DNA from: Candidatus Latescibacterota bacterium | Lineage (GTDB): Bacteria > Latescibacterota > UBA2968 > UBA8231 | DNA: 64,000 nucleotides | Direction of reading: 5' to 3' | Assembly (NCBI GenBank): GCA_965197905.1 | Contig: CBDAOB010000004.1 | Coordinates: 1,536,001 to 1,600,000, forward strand | In this document: positions 41,373 to 52,265 of the stretch, piece after piece | Layout: each line of letters starts with the position of its first letter | How positions within the stretch are numbered: position 1 is the stretch's first letter | Notes under the pieces: generated by a model | Told to the model about the DNA's origin: nothing | The model's input: the letters and a program-made list of their open reading frames with translations, nothing else | The model's database searches: none | Position numbers and translations under genes: made by a program

Positions 41373-42443
41373 ATGAAAAAAGCCCGATGTGCCGTCATAG
41401 GAGCGGGTTGGTGGTCCACCGCCGCCCATATCCCCTCATTGCATGAAAACCCCAGGGCGGAGCTGGTTGCCGTGCAGAAGCGCGACCTGAAGATGGCGCA
41501 GAAGGTGGCCAGCGATTTTGAGGTGCCCCATGCCTGCACGACGGTCGAGGAGGTGTTGGACCTGGATCTCGACGCCGTCGTCGTCGGCTCAACCCCTAAT
41601 CAGCACTTTTCACAGGCCAAGGCGGCGCTCGGACGGAGCCTGCATGTGCTGATCGAAAAGCCCATGACGATTACGGCGGCCGAGGCGGAGGAGCTGGTAA
41701 ATCTGGCAGCAAAGAAAGGGGTCGAATGTCTCGTCGGCTGCACCTGGCATTATACCAGCCATGCCGCCGCCGCACTCGAGCTGGTGAATAACGGGGAGCT
41801 GGGTGAGATCAAGATGGTCAACCTTTTGATGATGGACCATCTCCTCGGCCTCTACAAGAAGCAGACGTGGCGACAGTTTGCCGAGGACCACAACGATCCG
41901 GAGGTGGAGGTGGAGCCGTATATGGCTCCCAATCAAGATTCCTACGGCGATCCGGCCGTAGCCGGTGGGGGCCAGATCTATGCCCAGGTTTCACATGCGG
42001 TCGGGTACCTGGCGTATCTAACTCAGGACGAACCGGTGGCCGTGCAGGCCTTCTTCGATCAGGGCGGAACCGATGTTGATGTCTACGATGCCATCAACGT
42101 GAAGATGTCTAAAGGCACCATCGTGTCGATCGGCAGTACCGGCAACATTGGCGCCGCAACCCGCCGCATGGTGGTAAACGCCTACGGCACCGAAGGCGTA
42201 CTGGAAATGGAGTTGTTCTACGGCAAGATGCGGTTCTGGTCGTTTGAAAAGGGAGAGCAGCTATTTCCCGATCTTCCGGAGGAGGAGCTCTATCCGAAGG
42301 AAGCGCCCGCACAAAACCTGGTGGACGTGGCGCTCGGTGACGGCCCCAACCTGTCCCCGGGTAGCATCGGTCTGACCTCCATGCGGATCATCGATGCCGC
42401 CTGCCGATCCGGCCGTGAAGGACGAGTGGTTACTCTGCCCTGA
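41373..42443 (+). CDS. Gfo/Idh/MocA family oxidoreductase
   Basis: VIGAG, TPN-H, IEKP and GGG...H motifs. Confidence 0.92.
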   Translation: MKKARCAVIGAGWWSTAAHIPSLHENPRAELVAVQKRDLKMAQKVASDFEVPHACTTVEEVLDLDLDAVVVGSTPNQHFSQAKAALGRSLHVLIEKPMTITAAEAEELVNLAAKKGVECLVGCTWHYTSHAAAALELVNNGELGEIKMVNLLMMDHLLGLYKKQTWRQFAEDHNDPEVEVEPYMAPNQDSYGDPAVAGGGQIYAQVSHAVGYLAYLTQDEPVAVQAFFDQGGTDVDVYDAINVKMSKGTIVSIGSTGNIGAATRRMVVNAYGTEGVLEMELFYGKMRFWSFEKGEQLFPDLPEEELYPKEAPAQNLVDVALGDGPNLSPGSIGLTSMRIIDAACRSGREGRVVTLP

Positions 42444-43455
42444 CACCGGGATCGCTAGTTAGTCGCCCCTGCGCCGCTTTTATCATCTCTATCACCCGAT
42501 CTTCGTTGCGGCTCATCGGGTGTGCCAGTGCTTTTCCCCGCAGCGCCTTGAGCTGCTCGCCCGCTGCCACATGGCCCTCCGTCCATTCCTTGACGAACGC
42601 GCCCTCCATGATGTCGTGGAGAAGGTTGTGGCGGGCCTGCGCTCTCACCTCATCATTAAAGATCGTTTCAGCGCGCGTGAGGGAACCGTACTGACTGGTC
42701 GTGGAATGATAGCTGGCCTGTTTGTGGAATCCGTATTCGGCGCATAACCTGAATATCTCGGCGTTTTCGGTGGAGGCGTAGAGCACCATGATGACCTCCT
42801 CCGGATCGTGTCCGGCTTCCACAGCGGTCTCGTAACAGAGGGTGATCCACGCCGACAGTCCCGCCCAAACCACCTGTTCCGTAAACAGGTTGAGATGGGC
42901 TTCCCCCAGGAGTGAGGTCTCGTAGATCCCGGCACGCGTCAGCCCCATGCCGCGGCACAAGGCGAGGGTGATGTCGCGGGCGTTGCCCGTGGCGTCGTGG
43001 TGAACGGCGAACTGACCAATCACACCGTTGCCTTCTTCAAAGCGCGTGCGCACCACGTTTCCCGGCATGATAGGTGCGATCATGATGATGTTGGCGGTCT
43101 CGGTCGGTTCGAGGACCTCGTATCCGACGTTGTAACCGCTGCCCCAGCAGAGGGTATTTCCCGCGTTGATGCCCGGCGCGATCTGCTCCTCCCAGATAAG
43201 GGGCTGAGACTCGTCGGTCGTCAGGACAAGAATGATGTCTCCGGCGGTTGCGGCGTCCGCGACTGGGAGTGGTTCCCAGCCTTCGCGGATTGCCAGCTCG
43301 CCATACTCGTCATCCCGGTTACCGACGACGACGTTGATACCGCTGTCCCGCAGGTTGAGGGCTTGAGCCCGGCCCTGATTGCCGTATCCCAGGACTGCCA
43401 CTCTTTTTCCCACGAGTGGATCCAGCGAGGTTTCCGACTCCTTAAGCATGTTCAT
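42430..43455 (-). CDS. Ketol-acid reductoisomerase-like protein (divergent IlvC paralogue)
   Basis: GYGNQGRAQALNLRDSG, DESQ, LF-EQ and STTSQYG motifs; several catalytic positions differ from canonical IlvC. Confidence 0.85.
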   Translation of the reverse strand: MNMLKESETSLDPLVGKRVAVLGYGNQGRAQALNLRDSGINVVVGNRDDEYGELAIREGWEPLPVADAATAGDIILVLTTDESQPLIWEEQIAPGINAGNTLCWGSGYNVGYEVLEPTETANIIMIAPIMPGNVVRTRFEEGNGVIGQFAVHHDATGNARDITLALCRGMGLTRAGIYETSLLGEAHLNLFTEQVVWAGLSAWITLCYETAVEAGHDPEEVIMVLYASTENAEIFRLCAEYGFHKQASYHSTTSQYGSLTRAETIFNDEVRAQARHNLLHDIMEGAFVKEWTEGHVAAGEQLKALRGKALAHPMSRNEDRVIEMIKAAQGRLTSDPGVRAE

Positions 43456-43714
43456 CGAAAGATTGCCTCCATTTTTTCGGCGTTGCTTGTGGCGCAAAGC
43501 TATGGCTGTAAGCAGGTGCGGGGAAGCACTGATGGTGCAGCAAGCGATGGTTTTGTTGAAGCGACGTTATCGTTTGTTTAATTACATCCAGTCCGCGCCG
43601 TTGAAACCGTCGCCTGTCGACTCCGGCAAACCGGCGGTTTGGATCCACGATCGTGGTCGGCGATCGCCCCATGCTGCCGTTGTCTACCACGGAAGTGTCT
43701 TCGAAGGACATCGT

Positions 43715-45010
43715 TTGAACACGAAAAGAATTGTGCTGCTGCTGTCGGTTACGGTCAGTTGTAGTGGCTCGAGCGTTGGTGCCGACGACTGGCCCGGTTG
43801 GCGCGGGACCGGCGACGGCGTGTGGCGCGAGCAAGGCATCGTGGCTCACCTTCCCGCCGGCCAGATCCCGATCAAGTGGAAAGCCGCAATCTCCAGCGGT
43901 TATAGCGGTCCCACCGTGGCGGAAGGTCGGGTCTTTGTAACCGATCGTATCACCGAACCGCAACAGCGCGAGCGGGTGTTTTGTTTTCGATGGGATACAG
44001 GCGAGCTCTTGTGGACCCATGAGTACGACTGCCCGTACCGGGATGTTTCCTATACGGCGGGTCCACGTGCCAGCGTTACGGTTCACGACGGCCTCGCCTA
44101 CGCCCTCGGCACTATGGGGCACCTCCATTGTCTGGAGGCCGCCACCGGCAAGGTGGTGTGGAAGAAGGATCTCAACGCAATCTATCAGATTCGCATGCCG
44201 ATCTGGGGTATTGCCGGATCGCCGGTGGTCCATGAAGATCTGGTGATCATCCTGGTCGGGGGCGCGGACAACGCCTGTTTGGTTGCATTTGACCGCAGAA
44301 CGGGAAAGGAGCGGTGGCGCTCCCTCGAGGACCGGGCGGGTTACTCCACGCCCATTGTCGTCGAACAAGCCGGCCGCAGAATCCTGATCTGCTGGACCGC
44401 CGACAATGTGGTCGGATTGGATCCCGCTTCAGGCAAACAACTGTGGAGCTATCCTTTCCCGCCGAAGAATATGCCGTTGACGATCGCCGCCCCCGTGGTG
44501 GCGGGGAATCGCTTGTTCGTAACCGGTTTCTACGAAGGCTCCCTTATGTTGCGGCTGTTGGCCGACCGCTACGCTGTTGAGAAGATCTGGCGGCGGCAGG
44601 GAGCCTCGGAACGCGAAACCGAGGCACTGCACGCCCTGATGTCCACCCCGATTATCGACGGCGAGTACATCTACGGCGTCGATAGTCACGGCGAATTGCG
44701 CTGCTTGAAAGCCGCTGACGGCGAGCGGATCTGGGAGAATCTCGAAATCGTCCCGACGGCGCGCTGGAGCACGGCGCATTTGATCCGGAATAATCAGAAC
44801 GTCTGGATATTCAACGAGCGCGGCGAGCTGCTTATTACCTCCATGTCACCACAGGGGGTCGAGATCAAGAGTCGGGCCCAGTTGATCGAACCTACCCGGG
44901 ACCAGCTGAATCAGCGTGGGGGCGTTACGTGGGCCCACCCCGCCTTCGCCTACCGCCACGTTTTCGCGCGCAATGACAGGGAGCTGGTTTGCGCCAGCCT
45001 GGAGCAGTGA
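43715..45010 (+). CDS. PQQ-binding-like beta-propeller repeat protein
   Basis: Signal peptide, DWPGWRG, GYSGP, repeated TG-xxW, and WAHPA. Confidence 0.88.
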   Translation: MNTKRIVLLLSVTVSCSGSSVGADDWPGWRGTGDGVWREQGIVAHLPAGQIPIKWKAAISSGYSGPTVAEGRVFVTDRITEPQQRERVFCFRWDTGELLWTHEYDCPYRDVSYTAGPRASVTVHDGLAYALGTMGHLHCLEAATGKVVWKKDLNAIYQIRMPIWGIAGSPVVHEDLVIILVGGADNACLVAFDRRTGKERWRSLEDRAGYSTPIVVEQAGRRILICWTADNVVGLDPASGKQLWSYPFPPKNMPLTIAAPVVAGNRLFVTGFYEGSLMLRLLADRYAVEKIWRRQGASERETEALHALMSTPIIDGEYIYGVDSHGELRCLKAADGERIWENLEIVPTARWSTAHLIRNNQNVWIFNERGELLITSMSPQGVEIKSRAQLIEPTRDQLNQRGGVTWAHPAFAYRHVFARNDRELVCASLEQ

Positions 45011-45035
45011 TCGTGGACCGACTACAGGAAGCCCG

Positions 45036-45497
45036 ATGATCACCGGTGTTGTTCATGCCAGCTTTACCGTTTCGGACATGGAAACCGCGGAACAGTTTTT
45101 TGTTGAAACCTTGAACATGAAACGGCTTGGCGGCGGCGAGTACGACTTCGACTATCTCAAGGCGGTGGTGGGATACCCCGACGCCGTGTTGAAGATCGCT
45201 TTTTTTGCGCCTCAGGTGAGTCCCCCGGGCGCGGTTCATGTGGAATTGATTGAATACGTAACACCAAAGGGCAAGCACACATGCACCGACACCAATCGGC
45301 CCGGCAACGCGCACCTGTGTCTTGAGGTAGACGACATCGAAGCCGAATGCGAGCGCCTAAAAGCTAGAGGGGTGGTGTTTGGGTCGGCCCCGCAGCAGGT
45401 GACCTTTGGACTCAACAAAGGAGCCAAGGCGGTCTATTTCGACGGACCTGACCAGATAAAGCTGGAGCTCTACCAGCGGGCTCCAACCAGTTCTTGA
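45036..45497 (+). CDS. VOC (glyoxalase-like) family protein
   Basis: HASFTVSD, VELIEY, HLCLEVDDI and DGPD-LEL motifs. Confidence 0.9.
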   Translation: MITGVVHASFTVSDMETAEQFFVETLNMKRLGGGEYDFDYLKAVVGYPDAVLKIAFFAPQVSPPGAVHVELIEYVTPKGKHTCTDTNRPGNAHLCLEVDDIEAECERLKARGVVFGSAPQQVTFGLNKGAKAVYFDGPDQIKLELYQRAPTSS

Positions 45498-45555
45498 TGA
45501 GGTCGCGGCAGTGGCCTAGCCGCCTGCTGTTGCATCGGGACGTCTGGCGACAGGT

Positions 45556-46689
45556 TCAGACGGTCGTCCACGCCCCTTGATTCTTCGAGCTCGCCACCGC
45601 AGCGCGAATAAAAGACATTCCGGCTACCCCGGTTTCCGCATCGGGATGATCGAAGGGCTCCGGCGCCTCCTCTCCACGACGTCGGCGAATCTGGAACTCC
45701 ATGGTTTGATGTAGATTGGCCATAGCCTCGAAGAAGTCTTCGTGGTGACCGGCCGGTACGCGCAGATACGGTTGCACCGATTCCGGGAAAAAACCGAAGT
45801 TTGCCCCGAGCCAGTAGGTCTCATCGAATTCCCCGCGGCGCAGCAGCAGCGCCTCTGCCCGCTCCTGATGCCACTCCAGCGACCCCTCCGTTCCGAAGAT
45901 GCGGAAGCCGTTGTCGTTCTTGTAGCCGATGGCGATCTGGGTGGCGTTGATGATCGCCGTTCCCCCGTTTTCCAACTCCCCGATCGTATTGAAATCGTCG
46001 TCGAGCACCCGACCTTCGCCGAAGATGTTGAGGCGCGCGGAAACCTTGCGCACTCCCAACCCGGTGGTCCAGGTGGCGGCCACGAGAGCGTGGGTGCCAA
46101 TGTCGCCGCCACAGTTGGAGATGCCAGTGCGAGCCGGATCGGTGCGCCACTGGGCTTGCTGCAAGCCTTCCTTTTCCAAGGAGGTAGCCAGCCACCCCTG
46201 GTAATACCACGCTTCCACCTTGCGGACCTCACCGATCTTTCCCTGGCGCACGAACTCCTTTGCCGTCATCATCATCGGGTGTCCCGTGTAGGTGTGGGCG
46301 AGGACGAACGGCACGTCCCGCTGTTTTGCCGTGGCGGCCAGATCCTCGGCTTCCTCAACCGTCATGGTAATCGGTTTTTCGCACACCACGGGGATGTCGG
46401 CTTCGAGAAGGGCTTTGGCCGGGGCATAGTGGGCGTGGTTCGGCGTGACGATGGTGACGTAGTCGAGATCGAGTTTCCCACCGACACGGGCTTCGATAAG
46501 CGCCTCGAAGGTGGGAAACCCCTCGATCCCATACTCCTGAGCCGCCGCCACTGCCTCGTCCGCGTCGCTGCGCAGCGCGCCGGCCACCAATTCGCGCGTG
46601 TGGTCCAGCGAGATTGCACGTTTGTGGACATGCCCGAAGAAGTTTCCGGGGCCCCCGCCCCCAATCAGTCCGACCCTCAGTTTCGACAT
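45556..46689 (-). CDS. Gfo/Idh/MocA family oxidoreductase
   Basis: GLIGGG, IVTPNH-H, CEKP, YTGHPM, WRTDP and GDIGTH motifs. Confidence 0.93.
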   Translation of the reverse strand: MSKLRVGLIGGGGPGNFFGHVHKRAISLDHTRELVAGALRSDADEAVAAAQEYGIEGFPTFEALIEARVGGKLDLDYVTIVTPNHAHYAPAKALLEADIPVVCEKPITMTVEEAEDLAATAKQRDVPFVLAHTYTGHPMMMTAKEFVRQGKIGEVRKVEAWYYQGWLATSLEKEGLQQAQWRTDPARTGISNCGGDIGTHALVAATWTTGLGVRKVSARLNIFGEGRVLDDDFNTIGELENGGTAIINATQIAIGYKNDNGFRIFGTEGSLEWHQERAEALLLRRGEFDETYWLGANFGFFPESVQPYLRVPAGHHEDFFEAMANLHQTMEFQIRRRRGEEAPEPFDHPDAETGVAGMSFIRAAVASSKNQGAWTTV

Positions 46690-46783
46690 GTTCGACTCTC
46701 CCTGATCCAGCTCGACCCGGAGCTCTATGGTATGGAGATCGGCAGGAACAAAAAATGATCATTTTGCCGGCGGCGGCAACCGC

Positions 46784-47593
46784 TCAGATCAGACCCGCGG
46801 CCAGGGCGAAGGCCAGCAGGACGAGCATGATACCTACCAGCCGATGAATGGAGTGCATCGTCACCCGGCGCATAAGTCGCTTGCTGATCGAGACGCCGAA
46901 AAAGGCAGCTACCGTCGCGGCCGCCGCCAACTGGATGCCACCCGATTCCGCCAGTTGACCAAACGATTCGGTGTAGAACATCACCCCGTATACAGCCAAG
47001 CGCGACAGATCCACGGCGACGGCGCAGACAACGCCGGTGGCGATAAAGGTTTCCTTCTCGAGCCCACACCGTATCAGCACCGCCGACCGCAGTGCACCCT
47101 GGTGTCCGGAGAGCCCGCCTAGGAAGCCGGAGATGGCGCCACCGACCAGCAGGTGTTGTCTCCCGAAACGAACCATCGCGCTCAGCGCCGGCGCCAATTC
47201 GACAAGCGCGAAAAAGAGGATGAGGGCACCGATGACCAGGCGCGATGGCACGATTGAGTACTGGTGGCTGCCCAGGGAATACTGCGTCAACACGGGCAGA
47301 TCGGCAAGCGCCGTGAGCAGCGAAGCCCCAGCGACGGCAAGCAGAGCCCCCGGCAATGCGAAGCGGATTACGACGCCAACGTCGGCGTACCGCCACAGCA
47401 AAGCAAACTTGAACAGATTGGTCAGTAGGTGAACGATTGCGGTGGCCGCCACGGCCACCTCGACCGGGAAGAAGAGCGCGAAAACGGGCATGAGGAGGGT
47501 GCCCAGTCCGAAGCCGGAATACAGCGTGAGCGCCGATACCAGCAAGGCGGCAGCGCAGACGACGAGGTACGGAAACATCGACTCGGGAACCAT
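46784..47593 (-). CDS. TSUP / sulfite exporter TauE/SafE family membrane protein
   Basis: SGFGLGT-LMP, GG-SGF-GGLSGHQGALRS and FIATG motifs. Confidence 0.88.
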   Translation of the reverse strand: MVPESMFPYLVVCAAALLVSALTLYSGFGLGTLLMPVFALFFPVEVAVAATAIVHLLTNLFKFALLWRYADVGVVIRFALPGALLAVAGASLLTALADLPVLTQYSLGSHQYSIVPSRLVIGALILFFALVELAPALSAMVRFGRQHLLVGGAISGFLGGLSGHQGALRSAVLIRCGLEKETFIATGVVCAVAVDLSRLAVYGVMFYTESFGQLAESGGIQLAAAATVAAFFGVSISKRLMRRVTMHSIHRLVGIMLVLLAFALAAGLI

Positions 47594-47784
47594 GGCAGCT
47601 CGATCATCGCGAATACCGGGTTTGTCGGCAACCCCGAAATGTGTGAAAGGGTATTGCCGTCGCACGTTGACTTAGACGGTCCGATCTGGTAAATAGAGCT
47701 TCGCCTTCCGGTCGGAACCTCGAGTCCGGCGTTTCCAGATGACGCCTGCACTCGTTTCACGAAAAGCTACCACGACGGAATCGC

Positions 47785-49220
47785 ATGTCCCCCACTTCGC
47801 ACCCACTCACCCAACGGGACCTGTTCGCACAGGTGCTACCGCTGGCGCTCAGCGGCATCTTCTTTCCGCTTGGAGCTCCTATCATCAGCGCTGCTCTGGC
47901 CCGCACCAAAGAGCCGGAACTGGCACTGGCGGCCTACTCGGTGGCTTTCAGCATTGCGGCCCTTGTCTCCTCGGCCTTGTGGGGAATTCGCCAAATCTCC
48001 AACACCTTCGGAGGCGATCGCCGGATGCTCCACCTGGTCGGCAGATTGTCCTTGATCCTGTCTTCCATTGCGGTTGGCACCATTCTCTGTTGATCTGTGT
48101 TCCAACTGTGGCCCGAACCGTTCTGGACCGGCTAATGGGCATCCCGCCAGAGATCGCGCGCTTGGTCCCACCAGCCCTTTTGGTCATGGCGCTCAATCCG
48201 TACCTGAGCGTCGGCCGTGGGTTCTATCAGGGCGTTTTGGTGCATTACGGCAAAACGGGCGCTATCGGAGTGGGTGCAGTGGGGTACTTGCTGGCGGTGG
48301 CGGCGGTTATGCTGTGGGGGGTCGTGTGGGCGGATCTACCCGGCGCGCTGTTGGCTGCTCTGGCGATGATGGTGGGACAGGCGGTCTATTTCGCCGTCTG
48401 CTGGTGGCCCTGTCGGAGCATTATGCAAACCCGGATTCCCCCGACGGATCCCGGTATCACGCCCGGGCAGCGTAGCAGCCGCTATCTCTTCTTCTTCTAT
48501 CTACCGCTGGCGCTTTCGATAGTGTTCACAACGGTTTCCGAGCCCATCCTGCAGTCGGGCATGGCCCGCGCCCCTATGTCCGCCGCCTCGTTGGCCGCCT
48601 ACCCTGTATGCATCGCCATCATGTGGCTTGGGGTCACACCGCTATACAACGCCCAACAGGTTGTGATCGCGAAAGTGCGCGACCGCGCGTCATACCTGGC
48701 GGTACGGCGTTTCATCTTTACCATGATCGCTGCGGGCACCGTCGTCATGGCGGTCTTGGCCATCCCTCCTGTCTCCTACTTCGTGCTCGGTACTGTCGTG
48801 GGGCTCAGTGGCGAAGTTAAAGAGCTGGCGGCGAGCAACTTTAAGCTGTTGCCAGCCATACCGTTGGTATTGGGTTCGCGGAGTCTGTTCCACGGCACCC
48901 TCGTTGCCCGTCACCACTCGGGGCCGATCCGCTCAGCGGCGGTGCTGCAATTGTCGGTGTTGGTGGTAATCGTAGTTGCGGGCGTATGGTATGGCCAGTT
49001 CAGCGGTCTGTTCGTGGCCATCTGCGCCAAAGTCGCAGCCACCGGCGCTGAGGTCTCGTACTTGGCCTGGCACACCTCGAAGTTGGCCTGGCGGCAAGAG
49101 GGTTGGCGACCCTCGGCACACCTGAAAACGGTGGGTACTCCCGGTTACATTGCCGTCCCCTCCTCGCAACGTCCACAACCTTTCCGGCAACCTCCTCCGG
49201 CGAACAGGCAACTGGTATGA
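47785..49220 (+). pseudogene. MATE/ANKH-like multi-pass membrane protein with a -1 frameshift at about 48084
   Basis: N-half (LPLALSG...ALAR...LAAY) and C-half (FYLPLALS...MAR...LAAY) are duplicated MOP-like halves split across two frames. Confidence 0.75.
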
Positions 49221-49240
49221 TACTTGCCAGGATCGCTACC

Positions 49241-50776
49241 ATGCCCGCAACCATTCTCAGTGCCGCCCTCCGCGGAGTGGACGCGTATCCGGTAGATGTT
49301 GAGGTGGATACCGATCGCCAGCTGCCGTCGTTTACGGTTGTGGGACTGCCCGACAGCACGGTGCGCGAGAGCAAGGAGCGCGTCATGGCGGCCATCCGCA
49401 ACGCCGGCTTCGAATGGCCACGCCGTCGGGTCACGGTGAACCTCGCTCCCGCCCATCTGCGCAAGGAGGGGTCCGCCTTCGACCTCCCCATCGCCGTGGG
49501 TATCCTGGCAGCCTCCGGCCAGATCCGCCTCTGCCGCGCCGGCCGCTTCATTCTCGTCGGTGAGCTCTCTCTGGACGGAACCTTGCGCCCGGCGCGCGGG
49601 GTTCTGTGTATGGCGTCTGCGGCTCGCAATCGCGGCGACTACGGCATCATCGTGCCGGCCGCGAATGCCTCCGAAGCGGCGTTAGCCGATGGACCGATCG
49701 TCTATGCGGTGGGAAACCTGCGCGAAGCGGTGGAGATCATCGAGGGCCATGTCCGGCACCAACCGGTTGAATCGCAGCTGACCGCACAGCTGTGTCAGCC
49801 GCGCGCCACCGGGTACGACTTCAGTGATGTCAGGGGCCAGGAGCAGACCAAACGAGCCCTCGAAGTGGCCGCAGCCGGCGGCCACAACCTGCTCATGATC
49901 GGACCACCGGGGTCGGGCAAGACCATGCTGGCACGCCGCCTTCCGGGCATTCTCCCCGACCTTAGCCTGGAGGAAGCGCTAGCCGCAACGAAAATCCACT
50001 CCGTGGCCGGGTTGCTGGGACCGAAAGAGGCGTTGGTGTTGTCCCGTCCGTTTCGAGCCCCGCACCACACAATCTCTGCTGCCGGTCTAGTCGGAGGCGG
50101 TCCCTATCCGCGGCCGGGTGAGGTATCTCTCGCCCATCACGGGGTTCTCTTTCTGGACGAAATGCCCGAATTCAAGAAACCGGTCATCGAGGCACTCAGG
50201 CAGCCGTTGGAGGATCATCAGGTTACCATCTCCCGGGCCAGCGGGACCCTGTCCTACCCGGCGCGGTTCATGGTCGTTGCCGCTATGAACCCGTGTCCGT
50301 GCGGCTACTTGTCCGATCCGCAACGGTCATGTAGCTGTCTGGCTCCCTTGATTCAGCGGTATCGCGCGCGCATCTCCGGACCCGTTCTCGACCGCATAGA
50401 CCTTCATGTAGAAGTACCCCCCGTGCGCTATCGCGATCTCGCCGATCCGCAGTCGGGCGAGCCCTCCGCCCAGATCCGCGCCAGGGTTAACCGGGCGCGG
50501 CAGCGACAGGCGCAGCGATTCGCCGACGACCGGGGTCTTTTCTGCAATGCGGATATGAACCCCCGCGATGTGCGAGCGCACCTGAAGGTACCCAAGGAAG
50601 CGGAACAGCTTCTAGGTCGGGCGATCACCGAATTGGGGCTGTCCGCCCGTGCCTACGACCGCGTCCGGAAAGTGGCGCTGACCATCGCGGATCTCGACGA
50701 GCACGACTCGATCGAGGCGCGTCACGTTGGCGAAGCCATTCAGTATCGCTCGCTGGATCGCCAGCTCGTGCCCTGA
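49241..50776 (+). CDS. comM: YifB/ComM Mg-chelatase-like AAA+ ATPase (start may be 49217)
   Basis: VGLPD-VRES, NLAPA, FDLPIA, GPPGSGKTM, RAPHH, GEVSLAH, NPCPCG and LSARAY motifs. Confidence 0.95.
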   Translation: MPATILSAALRGVDAYPVDVEVDTDRQLPSFTVVGLPDSTVRESKERVMAAIRNAGFEWPRRRVTVNLAPAHLRKEGSAFDLPIAVGILAASGQIRLCRAGRFILVGELSLDGTLRPARGVLCMASAARNRGDYGIIVPAANASEAALADGPIVYAVGNLREAVEIIEGHVRHQPVESQLTAQLCQPRATGYDFSDVRGQEQTKRALEVAAAGGHNLLMIGPPGSGKTMLARRLPGILPDLSLEEALAATKIHSVAGLLGPKEALVLSRPFRAPHHTISAAGLVGGGPYPRPGEVSLAHHGVLFLDEMPEFKKPVIEALRQPLEDHQVTISRASGTLSYPARFMVVAAMNPCPCGYLSDPQRSCSCLAPLIQRYRARISGPVLDRIDLHVEVPPVRYRDLADPQSGEPSAQIRARVNRARQRQAQRFADDRGLFCNADMNPRDVRAHLKVPKEAEQLLGRAITELGLSARAYDRVRKVALTIADLDEHDSIEARHVGEAIQYRSLDRQLVP

Positions 50777-50843
50777 GTGGTAAACGGTTGAAGGATCAGA
50801 ACTTGGGGGGTCCGGTTCCGTACCTCATCTACCCGTTTTCCCC

Positions 50844-50887
50844 TTGATATTCACCCCCAATACGCGTAAGTTGTACTCCAGTACAAC
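50844..50887 (+). promoter_or_regulatory. Sigma70-like promoter with overlapping palindromic operator upstream of flagellin
   Basis: TTGATA, 17-bp spacer, TAAGTT; GTTGTAC-N4-GTACAAC at 50870-50887. Confidence 0.5.
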
Positions 50888-50911
50888 CCCCAAGAGGAGA
50901 GGTCTCCCCAA

Positions 50912-52100
50912 GTGCCACTCCGAATTAATACAAACCTGTCTGCCCTGAGTGTGGGCCGGCAGCTCGGTCGAAACGTCCAGGCGGTGGACAAGACGCTGGA
51001 GCGGTTGTCCACGGGTCTGCGCATCAACCGCGCTGCGGACGACGTCGCCGGACTGTCCGTACGCGAAGGTCTGCGCGCCGAGCTGTCCGGTTTGCGTGCT
51101 AGTGTCAGCAACGCCACTCAGGCGACCAATCTGGTACAGACCGCCGAGAGCTCACTCTCGGAAGTCAACACCGTGCTCTTGCGCATGCGCGATTTGGCGG
51201 TCCAGTCCTCCTCCAGCACCCTCACCGATTCCGATCGCGGTTCGCTGCAGGCCGAATTCGCGCAGCTGACCTCTGAGATCGACCGCATCGCTGGCGCTAC
51301 CGTATTCAACTCGCAAACACTGCTCACTGGATTCGGCAACTCGGTGGATCCCAGCTCCAGCGCCGTCGCCACCAGTAACTTGACCGGTGTCAACAGGATT
51401 TCGCTGTCGGGGGCGCCCGCTGGCACCTTCACCTTTACCGACAGCGCCGGCGACAACCAGGTCACACTGTCAAACGGTACCCTCTCCCAAACGCTGAGCA
51501 TGGGAACCATCCTCGATGGAGGATCGGTGGCTACAGACCCAGGTCGTAGCCAACTTCGACCGTCTGGGCATTCAGGTAACCCTGGCGGGACCTCAAGTAT
51601 CCAGTGCCACCGGTCAATTCTCGGACGGCGACTTGAACGGCACTGAGATCGTCATTCAGGAAGGCACCGGCGGGACGTTTCAGGTGGGCTCAACCGATGC
51701 GGCGGTCAACCGGCTGGAGGTCCCCATCCCGGATCTCAAGGCGACCGGCACGGAGCTCAATTTAGGCGGGGTCAACGTCTCCAGCTTGTCCACGTCGCAG
51801 TCGGCGATCACGTCCGTGGACAGTGCCATAACTCGAGTTGCCCAGGAACGGGGCAATCTGGGTGCAACCCAGAACCGGCTCAATTTTACTGTCTCCTTTA
51901 CCGAAAACGAGATTGAAAAGATCGCCGCTTCCGAGTCTTCCATCAGCGACGCGGATATCGCGGCGGAGGTTACCGAACTGACCCGGGCTCAATTGCTTGC
52001 CCAGGTAGGCGCGGCCATCCTCGCTCAAGCCAACGTGCAGCCCCAGACGGCCCTAATCCTGCTTGCCAGCCAGGGCATTGGAGCTTTCGCGCGAGGCTAA
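50912..52100 (+). pseudogene. fliC: Flagellin with a frameshift at about 51536
   Basis: RINTN, ERLSTGLRINRAADD and RMRDLAVQS in frame 1; FQVG, RGNLGATQNRL, SDADIA-E and LAQAN in a shifted frame. Confidence 0.88.
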
Positions 52101-52265
52101 GCCACTTCCGTAGGTTCCAGAGATAACATGGGTCACGGTGGCCGGCCGCAGCCGGTTGTCGGGAAACCCGAATCCTTCGCCTCGTCGAGGCGGGTACGCG
52201 GCCGCGATTGGACTGCGTGGCGCTCCCGATAATCGCCGAGTCCTTCTTGTAGGAGAATCTGCCAT

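Noticed and set aside
48091..48093. Selenocysteine TGA in the MATE-like gene
   Set aside because: Homology continues in a different frame, not in frame after the TGA.
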